Below are positions 26,040 through 39,668 of a stretch of DNA of 64,000 nt, piece after piece. Under the pieces are notes generated by a model, which was given only the letters and a program-made list of their open reading frames with translations, made no database searches and was not told where the DNA came from. Both the position numbers and the translations under genes were made by a program. The stretch's first letter is position 1. Every line of letters begins with the position of its first letter. Source of the stretch: Mobula hypostoma (lineage: Eukaryota); the NCBI RefSeq assembly GCF_963921235.1, contig NC_086097.1:84260001-84324000 (forward strand). The letters are read 5' to 3'.

Positions 26040-26760
26040 CTTACTTACACGTACTGTCTGTTATGCTGCTGATGTTTAGGGCCACGATGAAGGTTCTCCA
26101 TCTCTAGCAGCCTTCAGGGCTTCCTTCATCGTGTCAGTAGCTTCCTCTCAGTTTTCTCTATTAACACTCATTCAAGTCCCAGGTGGAGACTCTTAGGCAT
26201 GCATCTATATAGTTCGAGTGCCTAAGACTTTTGCACAGAATTACAGTAATTTTATGTATTGTGTTGTATTGCTACTGCAAAAAAAAAATCAAATTTCATG
26301 ACGTGTGAGAGAGGATGAACCTTATTTTGATATGGGTCTCTATTGTGGACTGAGAGTGGGAAGAAGGCAAGGAGAGGGGAATCAGGGAAGGAAAAGGGGA
26401 ATGGAGAGGGGAGGGAGTGGGAAGAACCAGAGAGACATTCTGTAATGATCAATATACCAGTTGTTTGGAATCAAATGACCTTTGACTAGTGTCTCAGGGC
26501 TGGGGGTGTCTGCATCCGCACTACACCCCCCAACCGCTGGCACTCCTCTGCCACCTGTCCCACACCCCTCTTGCGGCACTCCACCCTTGCCATTCCCAAC
26601 ATGGACCACTCTTAGTCTGTCCTCTACCTTTTGACCTGTTCGACATAGGTGACCCTACTGAGATCCAAAGCATAAAGCCCTGACTGCAGCCAGCAAAACT
26701 CTCTGGGTCACTGAGGCACGCAAGCCTCTAACCCACGACAAGGTTGTGGTCCTCTTGGAG
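26040..26760 (-). mobile_element. RTE-derived bipartite non-autonomous element, interrupted by a Tc1-like composite fragment (26190-26602)
   Basis: The reverse strand starts ggaccacaaccttgtcgtggg...gcttgcgtgcctcagtgaccc (similar to RTE/BovB 5' ends) and ends in a (TAAG)n tail. Confidence 0.6.
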
Positions 26761-27077
26761 CAAATAGGATCTAGATCCGTTATTTTCATCATTAACATTT
26801 TCTTCAAAATTTGCCTGAATTCTCAAATTCTTCCTTTTGACTTTCAAATGTATTTGTAGAGCTGGTCTTGTGTCATCTTTTTGTACAGTGAAAACTACCT
26901 CAAAGCACTATTGTAGCAAATATTTCTGTAGCACTTATTATGAACCAAGATGGCATCACCGGTAGCTCTCTCCAGTAGGCTCATTTTTCCCTTCACAATA
27001 AATATGTTGATAAGTGCATTCAATTTTAATATTTCTTGCAATTTTCTTTTCATATTTTTCATATTTTTGTCATTATT

Positions 27078-28096
27078 TGGTGACCAGTGGTGTGCCTCAG
27101 AGATCTGTTCTAGGGCCCCTACTCTTTGTGATTTTTATAAATGACCTGGATGAAGAAGTGGAGGGATGGGTTAGTAAATTTGCTGATGACACAAAGGTTG
27201 GGGGTGCTGTGGATAGTGTGAAGAGCTGTCAGAGGTTACAGCGGGACATCGATAAGATGCAAAACTGGGCTGAGAAGTGGCAGATGGAGTTCAACCCAGA
27301 TAAGTGTGAGGTGGTACATTTTGGTAGGTCAAATATGATAGCAAAATACAGCATTAATGGCAAGACTGTTGGCGGTGTGGAGGATCAGAGAGATCTTGGG
27401 GTCCGAGTCCATAGGACACTCAAAGCTGCTATGCAGGCTGACCCTGTGGTTAAGAAGGCGTACGGTGCATTGGCCTTCATCAATTGTGGGACTGACTTTA
27501 AGAGCCGAGAGGTAATTTTGCAGCTATGTAGGACCCTGGTCAGACACCACTTGGAGTACTGTGCTCAATTCTAGTCGCCTCACTACAGGAAGGATGTGGA
27601 AACCGTAGAAAGGGTGCAGAGGAGATTTACAAGGATGTTGCCTGGATGGGGAGCATGCCTTATGAGAATAGGTTAAGTGAACTCGGCCTTTTCTCCTTGG
27701 GGCAATGGAGGATGAGAGGTGACCTGATAGATGTGTACAAGATAATGAGAGGCATTGATTGTGTGGATAGTCATTTCAACCCTGAGTTTTTCCCCAGGGC
27801 TGAAATGGCTAGCATGAGAGGGCATAGTTTTTAGGTGCTTGGAAGTAGGTACAGAGGAGATGTAAGGGGTAAGTTTTTTTTACGCAGAGTGGTGAGTGCG
27901 TGGAATGGGCTGCCAGCAGCGGGTGGTAGAGGTGGAAATGATAGGGTCTTTTAAGAGACTTTTGGATAGGTACATGGAGCTTAGAAAAATAGAGGGCTAT
28001 GGGTAAGCCTAGGTATCTCTAAGGTAAGGACATGTTGGGCACAGCTTTGTGGGCCGAAGGGCCTGTACTGTGCTGTAGGTTTTCTGTGTTTCTATG
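27078..28096 (+). mobile_element. CR1-type LINE 3' fragment
   Basis: ORF 27014..27574 contains [39 protein letters not shown]...LEYCAQF. Tail is tttctgtgtttctatg. Confidence 0.95.
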
Positions 28097-30132
28097 ATTT
28101 GCTCTACCTTTTGTTGTTTTTACCAGACCTTCCAGATTCATGAGCTTCCATCTATTATTGTGTCAATGCACACATGTGTGCATAGTTTGTTTCTGTTTCT
28201 GACTTTCGTTAACCATGGTTAATTGGTTTCTGTTGAAGGAAAGTGGTCATGAGTTCAGAAATTCTCAAATGACTGTGGTGTATTGCAATTGGGTCTATTC
28301 TGGTTTGTTGGCATGCACTAACTATCGGTCAGAAACACGAGGCTGCACGTGCTGGAATACATTGCATGAAAGGTCTTGACCCGAAGTGTTGACTGTCCAG
28401 TTCCCTCCATTGATGCTGCATAACCTGCTCAATCCATCCAGTATTGTGTGTGTTTCTCTAATTGTCTGTTACTGGATGCTGGTAGGTTTTAGTCTGCTGT
28501 GTGGTGGAAATGAAGGTCCAGTATAGCAAAGGACACTAGTTGAAGATGGAGATTTAATGGATCTGAAATGGAGGTGGGACCCAATGGGCCTTTGACTCCC
28601 CTTCTCACCGAGTGTCGATCCCAGAGGCACACTCCAACCTCTGCTCTGCTTCTCTCGCGCTCGTGCCACATTCCGCAGGATTCTCATCCCATCTTCTCTT
28701 TGTGCAAGAGGAAATGGTAAAAGTGGATGCATTTGCAGTGTTGAAGAAAAATACTTTTTTGGACAGGTTTGTGGATAACAAAGGTGTGACTGGATGTGGG
28801 CCAAATGCAGGCAGATGGGGCTAACTTAGGCATGCACCTTGGTCGGCATGGATGAGTTGAGCCAAAGTGCCTGTGCTGCATAACTCTATGATTCTGTTAA
28901 TATTCACAAGACCATTTGCCTGAAACCCTATTTTCTGTTCCCAGAATCCCTGTCTTGAGACTGTGCTTCGAGACTATGGTACTGACAATGCATCTGATAT
29001 GGTACTCGGGATAAACCCCTCCCAGTACTGGATGGTCAAGGCCTACTCCAAGCAGCAGCACTCTTAAGCCTCCCTTTAAGCCTGGCAGCACTACTTGAGT
29101 CAACATCTTTTACTGTACACAATGAAAGGTGTTCGATTGTACACAATGGATTGAGAGAGAAGTGTGTTTTGTGATGAACACTTGCAATAGATTGAGGAGC
29201 AAAAGTAAGGTGATTTCTTGCCAACTTCCAGTCTAAGGATACCTCTAGCCATGTATTTTATTCTGCCATGTTCAGTGAGAACATTCTCCCCTCGTCATCC
29301 TGAAGTGGAGTCCTTATGGTGGGATTATGGTATCCCTGGCACTGCAACCCTCCAGTACCTCACTCAACAGCTCATGTCGATGTATGTCCCTTGACTAAAA
29401 AGGACTGGTGGTTGATTGCCCTCCCTGCCTCATGACTGTCCAGGTGCAAGCACGCAACGGGAACCTTGACCGTAGACCACCCATTTCCATTCGTCCCATT
29501 TTAATCCTGCCACATTCCCATCACCTGAGCATTTCCCCAAGATCTGAGCACTCAGCTACAAAAGAAGGAACTTACAGCTGCCCACAGTCACCTCCCAAAG
29601 CGTCTTTGGGACATTGGACGTGGAAAGGAGCCAAATTATCCTGCAGACAGCCCACTAGGTCACGGGGGACAATGTACAACGTGCACTCAGAGAGCACAGG
29701 AGGTCAGGGTTGAACCTCTGTTCCTGACATTGTGAGGCAGCAGCCTTACCAGCTGTGCAGCTTTGCCAGCCTCCATGTGTGTGCAACGTGTGCTAGCCTT
29801 GTCTGCAAGAGAAAGGCATGGAGTTATTGGTGTAAATGGCATCGAATTTAACTTAAAAGCAGTGAAGAAGAGGACTGAAAATTGGGATGTTCACAGTGGT
29901 AGCGTTGAAGAGCTGTTTAATTCACAGGAGAATTGTAGAGCTGCAGGTGACTACAGAGAGGGAGTTTGGTACTGACCATGAGGACACGTTAGCTGTAGTT
30001 CCAAGCTGATTTCATTTTGAAGTTCCCTTTCCTGCGCCACAACCCTCCCCCACCTGCCGTTAAATCTGTCCAGACCTGTCAACGTGCAAACCTGATGCCT
30101 CAGTAACTGAAGTGACCCTTTTGTCTGAACAG

Positions 30133-30232
30133 GTGCAGTGCCACACATTCACAGGGTATTGTTGGTGTGTTACTCCCGATGGAAAACCAGTGAGTGGATC
30201 TTCGGTTAAAAATCAAACACCAGTGTGTTCAG
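30133..30232 (+). CDS. SMOC1: SMOC1 coding exon 4 (C-terminal half of thyroglobulin type-1 domain 1), 100 bp, phase 0 to 1
   Basis: ttttgtctgaacag acceptor and CAG|gtactg donor. Translates VQCHTFTGYCWCVTPDGKPVSGSSVKNQTPVCS, with the QC and CWCV thyroglobulin signature. Confidence 0.97.
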
Positions 30233-32145
30233 GTACTGTGCAATTGCTGGAGAGTTCACCGTCACTTATTCAAGGAATGATGGATATCTGTGTACGCTTA
30301 CGTTTGCATTGGTAAACTCAGAACAGGCCCCATTCAGAGTGACGCAAAGTCCATTTCAATTGATCTATGCATTTATCTTTTCCTCTGTAATGATTTTAAC
30401 TTTCACTTGTATGGATGTTCTAGTGTTCCTGCTTTTAAAGAGTGGAGAACCATTGTTGGCTGATTCTAATTTCTTCAGTCGTTAAACTCTTTCAGTGGGT
30501 TTTTACCGTACACAGCATGGCAGCAGCTGTCATGAGATACTCTGGAGGAACCAGTTTTGTGCTGCCATGCAGCGTATAAGGTATAATGCTCAGGATTGAG
30601 TATTTCCACTCATACTGTGTAATAACTGGTGTTTATAGCTATAAGGTTTGTCCCACAATATACAAAATGATTTTCGTTTACTTTCTTTGCCCCATCACCC
30701 TTCATACTTAAGCCTCAACACCTTAGGTTAGCAAAATCCTAACAATTCCAGCTTTAGAATTAGCAGCTGTTCCAAATTTCAGCCACCGATTGTGTGTAGA
30801 AATATTTCTTAACTTGGTTCCTGAAAGCCGAGGTCTCATTTTTCGCTCGAATGCCATCTGGTCCTCCTGGAGATGTTGGAAAAGTTAGGTGAGTTTCCTT
30901 GGAGGGCTGATAGGTGTAAGATATGCACTGAGAGGTATAGATCAAGAGGATAGAAGAAATCGATTCCTTCTGATTAATGAGTAAGTATTTATTTATTTGG
31001 AGATTCAGCACGCTAACAGGCCCAATGAGCCCACACCACTCAATTACACTCATGTGACCAATTAATTTACTAGCCTGTATGTCTGTGAAATGTGGCAGAA
31101 AGCCAGATCACATGCAGGAAACCCATGAAGTTACGGAGAAGACCGTGCAAACTCCTTACAGACAGCAGCGGAATTGAACCTAGTGCTGAAATGGCGTTTT
31201 GCCAGCGCCATGCTCCCGTGCTGTCCCACAAGTAAGACCAGACTCCACCTGGGTGTACCAGTGAACTGACCACAGCTCTGCTGAAATTATGTAAAGGTTA
31301 CTGGTCCAAGGTCATTGGCAGAGGATCTGCTGGAGGAAGTGAGGGGAGACATTTCATTCATTGTACTTGTAGAGCGTATTTCAGACACTTTAAGAGTAAT
31401 TGTGGAATGAGGAATTTACAGCTTTGCAGAGAAAAGTGGTCTTGTGGGATGATGCATGGTTATTCCTTTATCCATTGCAGGGATGATGAGCTGAACAGAT
31501 ATCGCTACCTGTTAGCAAATGAATAAAACAAAAAAGCTTATGAACCAGAAAAAAAACACACATCTTGAAATAGTGGGAAAAAGTATTTAGCAGAGCTGCT
31601 GATAACAGTCAGTGCTGGAAGTGTTTGACTATGGATTGAATGTCTTTGGCAAACTGTTGACTTCCTTCCTGCTTCAGTTTATTGAAGACATATTTGGCTT
31701 TTCTACATATAGTATTTAACAGAGCTTTTTAAAAAGAATAAACAAGATGTGGCAATTGCATTGTGAGACCGTGATACAGGAACCTCTTCACTCATCTTAA
31801 TGGCAATATTCACTTTTTTAAGGTATAATGGTTATATTAATATCCCTTGTGAAGAAGGGGAGGAAATGTGATGTAGAAGTGTTACTCACCCCCAGATCAG
31901 TTCTGACAATGTTATTAAGGATCCTAAGGAACACCCCTAGGACTTCTCAAAGTGAGCATTGAAAGGTTTTGAAATATATTAGATCCTCTACTGATTTTTA
32001 AACACAGGTTTTTTTTTATCGAGTACTAATTCTCTCCTTTGAGTTTAGTTTGCATGTGGGTGAGGATTATGATGTCCTCGGTTTATTCTTCCTCTGTTTT
32101 GCTGCCTCTGCATATGAAGTTGATCTTTTTTTTTTAATTTCAAAG

Positions 32146-32193
32146 GTTCAGTAACTGACAAGCCCTCAGGCCCCAGCAGTTCAGGCAGAAAAG
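32146..32193 (+). CDS. SMOC1: SMOC1 coding exon 5, 48 bp, phase 1 to 1
   Basis: Poly-T tract plus caaag acceptor and AAG|gtgagt donor. Translates (G)SVTDKPSGPSSSGRK, versus human GSVTDKPLSQGNSGRK. Confidence 0.94.
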
Positions 32194-32497
32194 GTGAGTT
32201 GAACTTCTTTGATTTGTTTCAGTGTTTCCTTCTCCTGTCCACTTACAATGCATGCTCAGGTGCTCTTTAGACTGTTGTGCAAGAAGGAGGAGTTTTGCTG
32301 CTCTTAGCACACAGTGGCAGCAGACTGGTGTTCCTTCCCTGTATGGTGGCTCTCTTAGTGGAACGTAACTGTTGGTTGTATGATTTTGATGTATGTGTGT
32401 GGCCTGACTTCAGTACCTGGCAGAGAGGCCTCTGGGTAGCCAATTCATTCGTATCTGGACTGTAATTTGGATTATTGGGTTATTCCTGCATGGAATA

Positions 32498-33221
32498 CAG
32501 GCAGTCCCCAAGTTACGAACAACTCATACTTACGAACAGAGGAAGGAGAATGTCGTCCGCCATTTTAAGTCCGATCACGGCGCTGCCCGCCATTTTAAGT
32601 CGTTGCCGTTAATACTGTGTTGAGTGCGTAACTTTGTATCTGGCTTAAATTTTTCCTAGCAAGATTCACCCTGACCACCCCCCCCCCACCTTTTCCAGTC
32701 AGCACCGCCCCCACTTATCCCATTTAACCTGTCTCAGTGTGGGTGGACTTTAGGACCCGGGGGAGCTCAGGTCAGGACCCACCGCCCGTGGCTACTGCTG
32801 AATCCGCAGTGTTTCTGTTCCGTTGATGGAAAATGATCACAATTGAAAATAAAGTGGAAATAATAAAGCCATCGGAAAGAGGTGAAACGCCATCGGTCAT
32901 CGGAAAAGCGTTAAGCTACAGTCGGTCAACGATTGGAACAATTTTAAAGGATAAAGGATAAAGTGAGAATAATGGAGCATATGAAAGGCCCTGTCCCAAT
33001 GAAAGCTACAATTATTACTAAGCAACGCACTGATTTAAGTATTGCAATACATATGTTTCTTAAGTGTTTTATATGCATAGAAAGGTAAAATATATACTAT
33101 ATACTAAGACAAACGTTTGACTGACGCTAAATAATACCAGATGTGCCTTTTCCAACTTACGTACAAATCTGACAAAGAGGGACTCAGGAACGGAACTTGT
33201 TCGTAACCTGGGGATTGCCTG
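32498..33221 (+). mobile_element. Tigger/pogo-family internally deleted DNA transposon
   Basis: TIRs are TA|CAGGCAGTCCCCAAGTTACGAAC and GTTCGTAACCTGGGGATTGCCTG|TA. The internal ITIENKVEIIKPSERGETPSVIGKALSYSRSTIGTILKDK is a CENP-B/psq-type HTH remnant. Confidence 0.92.
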
Positions 33222-35087
33222 TACAGCACAGTGTGTGGTGAAATGAGTTTGAAATGAATCATGTGAATGTGAGTGTGAGTGTACATACTGTGTAAGTGTC
33301 TGTTTCTATATTAGCATAGTTTTAATAATTGCCAGGGAATTGGTTCCTTTTACTATGGTCAGAAGCACCATGTGACCAGAAATGTTTGGTGTTTGTCATC
33401 TGACAGAACACAGGTGAAGTCCTCTGAGAAATGTTGGGAATATAAATAAAATAAAACTCTTGCTGAGCTGGATGGTCATCTGCCTCGGTGCAGGTTGTAA
33501 ATTTGTCCCTCGGTGTGGGGAAGTGCTTTGAGGGTGAGGGGGAGGAGAATTAAAAAAACTGTTAGTGCTTATCCCAGACAATCAGATCCGACAGCTGGAT
33601 TGTAGTAACTGCTCTCAGATGTAAGCAGGTGACTGGTTCGGTGGAATTCATCGAGTTCCAATAGCTCCCGATGATACTGTATTAAGGGATAGTAGAGCTA
33701 ACTGTTGCAGATGGGATCAGACATTTTGAAGAGAACGCAGACCATTTGTACGGATTGTCAACTCTCTTCTTGCATGAACCAGTTACCAATTTTGTTCAGT
33801 AGTGCTGGTGTAGGTGTGCTGAGTTGAATATCGTACTTTGGCATGTCCAAAAAGGTCAACCTGAATGAGAGAACCGAGCCAACTGGAGAGTCAAAACTTA
33901 AGAGCAGAGGTTGTCTTTCCCTGTCAGTGGCGGGGTTGAATCCACCACTCTCTTGTATCAGCAACATTGAGTAGGAAGTGAACTGGCATCGTTCCCTCCA
34001 TAAATGTATCCACGTATCCTGCTTCCGTTGAAACCATCACTGGCCGATTCTATTTCCTTCAGTTGTTAAACTCTTTCGGTACGTTGTTAACGCGTACAGT
34101 AGCAGCTAACATGAGAAGCTGTGGAGGACCCAATTTTGTTCTGCCATGCAGCGTATAAGGTAAAATGATTGACAATAGCAGTACATTGCTCAGACCATTT
34201 AATTTCCCTGATTGGCTATATGTTGATGGCAGGTAGACTGCAGGCAAGGAAAGCAATGGGAAATAACGGTGCTACCCTCTCCAAGAAAAGGATTTGCCAC
34301 AGATTGTCGCAATACACAAACATGACCTTTTTTCTGTTTGCTTGCACAGAGAAGATGGGCGGAAGATCCTGTTTCTTTTTCCATATTCTGTTGCACAATT
34401 CCCTGCATTGAGGCACAATGAAGGAATTGATGGCTCATCCACATCTGAATCAACTTACAGTCATTTATTATTTTTCCAAGCTTGATTTAACATTTGCCTC
34501 ACTACCCTAAAGTTCTGCCCTCCTATAACTATCTTGATTCATTGAGGTTGAATTGAATAATTGCAGCCCCACTGGTTTTGACACCTGCCATCTATAGCTT
34601 ATTATTATTGGACAATTTAGTCTCTGCTTGTGATCAAAATTGGCCTCTTAATAATCTTATTGCACAGAACAAGGTAACTTAGATCAATGCCCCTTTGGCC
34701 TGCTGCTTTCTCCTTTCCCTTAATCCTGCTATTCCCCAACCCCACCAAAGGATATGTTCAAAACCTTTTGAAACTAAATTTGTATTCACCACATTTAAAG
34801 CACACTTATACCACAGCTGGTCCCTTTGGGCATTGTCTTAGCCGATGTTTAAATGCTATGTTGTTGATCCTCATCTTGTAAAGATGAAAGCTGGAAAAGA
34901 ACCGGACAACAGCTCGTTTTGTGGTCAAAATGAAGAAAATTATCAAGGACCCCAGATGTTGTTCCCGTCTCCAGTTCTCGGCCGGGTTTTGTAAAGGTTG
35001 TTAATAATTTCCACATGCTGCTGCTGTAGCACAGACAAAATACGGGAGAGCGAGACACAGGGCAGGGAAAGTAAGGAAGTGTCAGAC

Positions 35088-35965
35088 AATTCAAAGTACA
35101 AAGTAAATTTATTACCTAAGTACATGTATGTCACCATATACAACCCTGAGATTCACTTTCTTGTGACCATAGTCAATAAATCCATAATAGAATAATAACC
35201 ATAATAGAATCAATGAAAGACTGCACCAACTTGGGTGTTCAACCATTGTACAAAAGACAACAAATAGTGCAAATACAAAAAGGATGAAATTATAATAAAT
35301 AAGCAAAAAATATCAAGAACATGAGATGAAGAGTCATTGAAAGTGAGTCCATAGATTGGGGGAACTTTTCAGTGATGCAGCAAATGAAGTTGAGTGAAGT
35401 TATTCCCTTTGGTTCAAGAGTTTGTTGGTTGAGGGGTAATAACTGTTCCTGAACCTGGTGGTGTGATTCCTGAGGCTCCTGTACCTCCTTCCTGATGGCA
35501 GCAGTGAGAAGAGAGCATGACCTGGGTGGTGGGGGTCCCTGATGATGGATGCTGCTTTCCTGTGACAATGTTCCATGTAGGTGTGCTGAATGATGGGGAG
35601 GGCTTTAGCCGTGATGGACTGGGTCATATCCACTACTTTTTGTAGGATTGTCCATACCAGGGCATTGTCGTTTCCATACCAGGCTGTGATGCAGCCAGTC
35701 AATATGCTGTCCACTGCATGTCTACAGAAGTTTGTCAAAGTTTTAGATGTCGTGCTGAATCTTCGCAAGCTCCTAAGGAAGCAGAATCTCTTCCATTCTT
35801 TCTTGGTAATTGCATTTACAGTCTGGACCCAGGACAGGCCGTCCGAAATGAAGACACTGAGGAGTTTAAAGTTGCTGGCCCTCTCCATCTCTGGTCTTCT
35901 GATGAGGACTCTCATTTCCTCCTCCTGAAGTCAATAATCAGCTCCTCAGTCTTGCTGAGACGGAG
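35088..35965 (-). mobile_element. Rex1/Babar-like LINE 3' fragment
   Basis: ORF 35400..35915 reads FLRSLRRF...LTNFCRHAVDSILTGCITAWYGN...DPHHPGHALFSLLPSGRRYRSLRNHTTRFRNSYYP, and there is a (TTTGAAC)-like tail. Short tail copies lie at about 9465-9650, 11268-11380 and 56293-56325. Confidence 0.9.
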
Positions 35966-36234
35966 CAATTAATTTGTTCAGCTTGTGAAGACAAGGCCCC
36001 CTCAGAGGTGGGCTGCTCATCTGGTATGAACATGAATGCAATATGCCCCATTGGACTCTATTCATTACGGCCTGGTTGTGATGTGCGTTGAGGTCATGGA
36101 TGTGGGGGACCTGACGGCTAAATCTTGTTGCCCTCCTTCTCTGCTGATCGCGCAATGGCAGTAACACATGGTCTTTGTTATCTGGGAGGGAAAAAAGGAG
36201 TGGAATTCTGTGGGTAAAACAAAAGTGTGGACAT

Positions 36235-36552
36235 GGTGGCATAATGGCGAATGTAATGCTTTCCAGTGGCAGGGATCAGCGTTCGATTCCCTCCATTTTC
36301 TGAAAAGGAATTATAGCTTCTCCTTGTGACCGCATGGGTTTTGTCCAGGCGCTCCCGTTTCCTTCCACGTTCCAAAGATGCTTGGATTAGTGAGGGTTAG
36401 CAATTTGTGGGCATGCTATGTTGGTGGCAGAAGTGTGGCAATACTTGCAAGCTGCCCCCAACACATCCTCGAACTGTGTGGGTGGTAGATGCAAGTGATT
36501 CTCTGTATGTTTCAATGTACATGTGACAAATAAAGCTAATCTTTAATCTTTA
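36235..36552 (+). mobile_element. tRNA-derived SINE
   Basis: B box GTTCGATTC near 36280 and tail gtacatgtgacaaataaagctaatctttaatcttt. Confidence 0.75.
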
Positions 36553-36940
36553 AGTGGTGCTGGCAATTTCACCAAGGTTGCCATGACCTACAGCGGAAAC
36601 CCCCACCAGGGGTATAAGAGCTTCTATGTAAGTACCAGCTCGGAAGAAGCATTCCGTCTACAGACCAGCCCATGTTCCTGACCTTGGGAGCTCCTGCCTC
36701 TTTCTCCCTTTATACGAGCTCTTTGACCCCAGCCCCGGCAACAGGCGATAGGCAAAGCCGAGGATTTGTTGCCTTCCCCTCCGGAGATTCTCGATCGCTC
36801 AGTAGCAACGGCAGTGAAGCAGACATTTCAGGAGTTTCTCCAGGTGTTCCTCCGTGCTTCTCACGTCTGTCTCCATCAAATCAGGATTGTGCGCGGTACC
36901 TACTTACAAATACGCTATCATTTCAGAGCAGCCGCACCGT

Positions 36941-37308
36941 ATTGAAAATTATGAGGGGGATAGATAGAGTTGACGTGGATAGGCTTTTTCCATTGAGAGT
37001 GGGGGAGATTCAAACAAGAGGGCATGAGTTGAGAGTTAAAGGGCAAAAGTTTAGGGGTAACATGAGGGGGAACTTCTTTACTCAGAGAGTGGTAGCTGTG
37101 TGGAACGAGCTTCCAGCAGAAGTGGTTGAGGCAGGTTCGATATTGTCATTTAAAGTTAAATTGGATAGATATATGGACAGGAAAGGAATGGAGGGTTATG
37201 GGCTGAGTGCGGGTCGGTGGGACTAGGTGAGAGTAAGAGTTCAGCATGGACTAGAAGGGCCGAGATGGCCTGTTTCTGTGCAGTAATTGTTATATGGTTA
37301 TATGGTTA
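36941..37308 (+). mobile_element. CR1-type LINE 3' end, preceded by a CpG-rich unidentified repeat fragment (about 36712-36940)
   Basis: Translates KIMRGIDRVDVDRLFP...TRGHELRV...NFFTQRVVAVWNELP, with an (ATATGGTT)n tail. Confidence 0.92.
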
Positions 37309-38609
37309 CACCTGGCCCATTTCTAGATTCCAGCTCCAGCCATGCTCCTAGTAATATACCGATAGTAAATCAGCAGATAATGGGTATTTTGTGACAGATA
37401 GTGATCTGCATGGACTGTTTCCTCCTACCGTGCACTCTTCTCCCCACACTTCCAGCAGCTCTCCTGCCTCAGACTGATGCTGACTGGAGTTATCTCCACA
37501 GATGAGCCAGTTTGATACGGGGAAATATTCCCTCCTTAATCCATACTTGTTTCAGAAGAGCATTTGGTGTAAGGCAGTTTATCTCAGTGAGTGGGGTGCA
37601 TTTGAAGATTACCACTGAGGAGACTGTTTGCACAGCAAGATCTTGGCATTTCAAATGTGCTGTCTGAAAAGGTGGCAGTGACAGATCCTGCAAGTTTTAA
37701 GAGAAATCGTCTGAATACTTCAGTAGGAGAAGAAAGCTTGTCTCTATTGGAAAGAATTGATCGACTCTAGTCCAGTGAAGTGCCACAGAAATGGTGGGTC
37801 AGATACCCTCCCCTGCTACTTGAGAATAATTTTCAGAAGCTGTGCAGAGTACTGCACGGTATACCATTGGACTATGCTTTTCGTCGACCTTTTTTTGGCC
37901 TGTTTGTTGGTGATGGATTCTTCACACCTTGACCATTTTCTCCTCCCTCCTTCAAGCTGTTGTCCCTGTTCCCTTCTGCACCCCCCCCCACCCCACCCCA
38001 CCTTCCATTCCCAGCCGCACAGTGTCCTATAGCCTATGAGAAAGCAAGATGGTTTCCCCTGGGCCTTCCCCAGCTCTGGTGGCAAGAGGCAGCTGACAGT
38101 CTGGCACTTAGATGGAGTTGTTCCCCTCTGCTTTCCTGCTGCCCCCTCCTCCTGAGTCAGAGTGCTTCAACATCTGGCTGCTGCTGGTACCTGGGCCACA
38201 TCTGCACCCCCCACCCACCGTAGTGCAGGAGGAGGGACTGAGATTGGCAAACATCCCTAGCTCTTAGAGCCGAACGACCTTGTGGCTTCCAGCCAATTGC
38301 TCAAATATTTCAGCTTTCAGCCAGCAGAACCCCCTCTCATCCGACAAGCTGAAACTTAATTGCTATTCTTTTCTCCTCCCCGCCCCACCGCCTTATCAGT
38401 GTTTCTACTTTTTGATTTGCACTGAAGCTCTTAATCATCTTTGCGTTTGTGAAAATTTATTCGTATACAGTTTCATCTTTTTGCAGTTTGATAAAGGCAG
38501 GGTAGAGTCTGTTTGTTACCTGTGTGTTCACGGTTGGAAGCTTGTGTTTGGGTATTTGGGTATTTGATCCTCCACAATATTCTGCGTGGGAATTAAAACT
38601 GGAAGTGTC

Positions 38610-38753
38610 TTTTTTTTTACGAGGTCAAGTTGCGAGCTCGACATCAACCCCGCGCGGACGGGGAGCGCGCTCGGGAGCGGTCTGTCACTGGATCGAACTC
38701 GGGAACCTCTGTTCTCGAGCCCGGCGCTGATCTCACTGCGCCACCAGCCAACC
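38610..38753 (-). mobile_element. Short tRNA-derived SINE with poly(A) tail
   Basis: The reverse strand has A box TGGCGCAGTGAG, B box GAGTTCGATCC, a GC-rich 3' part and an A9 tail. Confidence 0.8.
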
Positions 38754-39668
38754 AAAAATGGACTGGGAATAGGTTTCAGAGCTTTCACTTGTTGATCGTG
38801 GTTGGTCGAACAAACCAAAAGCAGGAAAACAACACAATGTGGTGTATAAAACTGAACTTGATTTCAAAAGTTGAATGAATGTTTCATTTACTGTATTTAC
38901 ATTGCCTGACCTCAGAAGTTTCTTCTCACCCTGCATCCCACACCTTCTTTGTTGGGACAGGCAGGTTTAGTCGATTCCTCTTACCTTGTGGCAGAAAGGT
39001 CTTCCTGTGAGAATCAATCCCACAGGGAGCTTTCTTTCCCTGCTGGAGTGGCTGGGGACTGGGTGGGGTGGGGGGAGAAAGGCTAGTTAGTGCTAAAAAA
39101 GGGTGAATCTGAAAGTGCCACAACACTGGACAGGCTTCCAGAAATCTGGGTTCTGTCTGCTGGTACTCTGAAGCTAGACTGGAATCCTGTACATATGGAC
39201 TTGGAGACAATGAGGTCAACCCAAAGGCTTGGGAGTCAGCCTGGCAAGCAAGTATCAGCTCCCCTCAGAAAGTGGCTGGGAGGCATGCAAGCGGTAGTTA
39301 GATCTCCAGCATCCCCTTCTCAGTGGCTTATCCCTGCTAGGTGCCAAGAGACTCTGACCAGAAGTGAATACCATTACATTCACACATGGGTCTCTTTTGT
39401 ACCTTTCATATTCCCACAATCTTCCTGCTTTTTGGCTGCGATCCACACTGATTCAGTTTAACAGTCCCTTTGGTTCCTTCCCAATTCACTCATCTCTCGA
39501 TAGCAGAGAGGCCTTGGACTGAAGGACACTCGTCATGGGGAGCTAGGTTCAGACACTGATGAGTAGAAATGCTCCCCCTCTCCCCCTCATCTGGGTAGAA
39601 GCACCGGGATGCTGGTGGGGCTGGTGGTCTGATTCAATAGTCTGTGAAGGGCAAGAGGAAGCCAGGTA

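Noticed and set aside
30233..30315. ORF 30112..30315 continuing past exon 4 (GTVQLLESSPSL...)
   Set aside because: This is intron read-through. SMOC1 homology stops at the GT donor at 30233, and I found no convincing downstream donor in the right phase.
36672..37226. 184-aa ORF
   Set aside because: A fusion of an unidentified repeat fragment with a CR1 RT C-terminal remnant, not a host gene.
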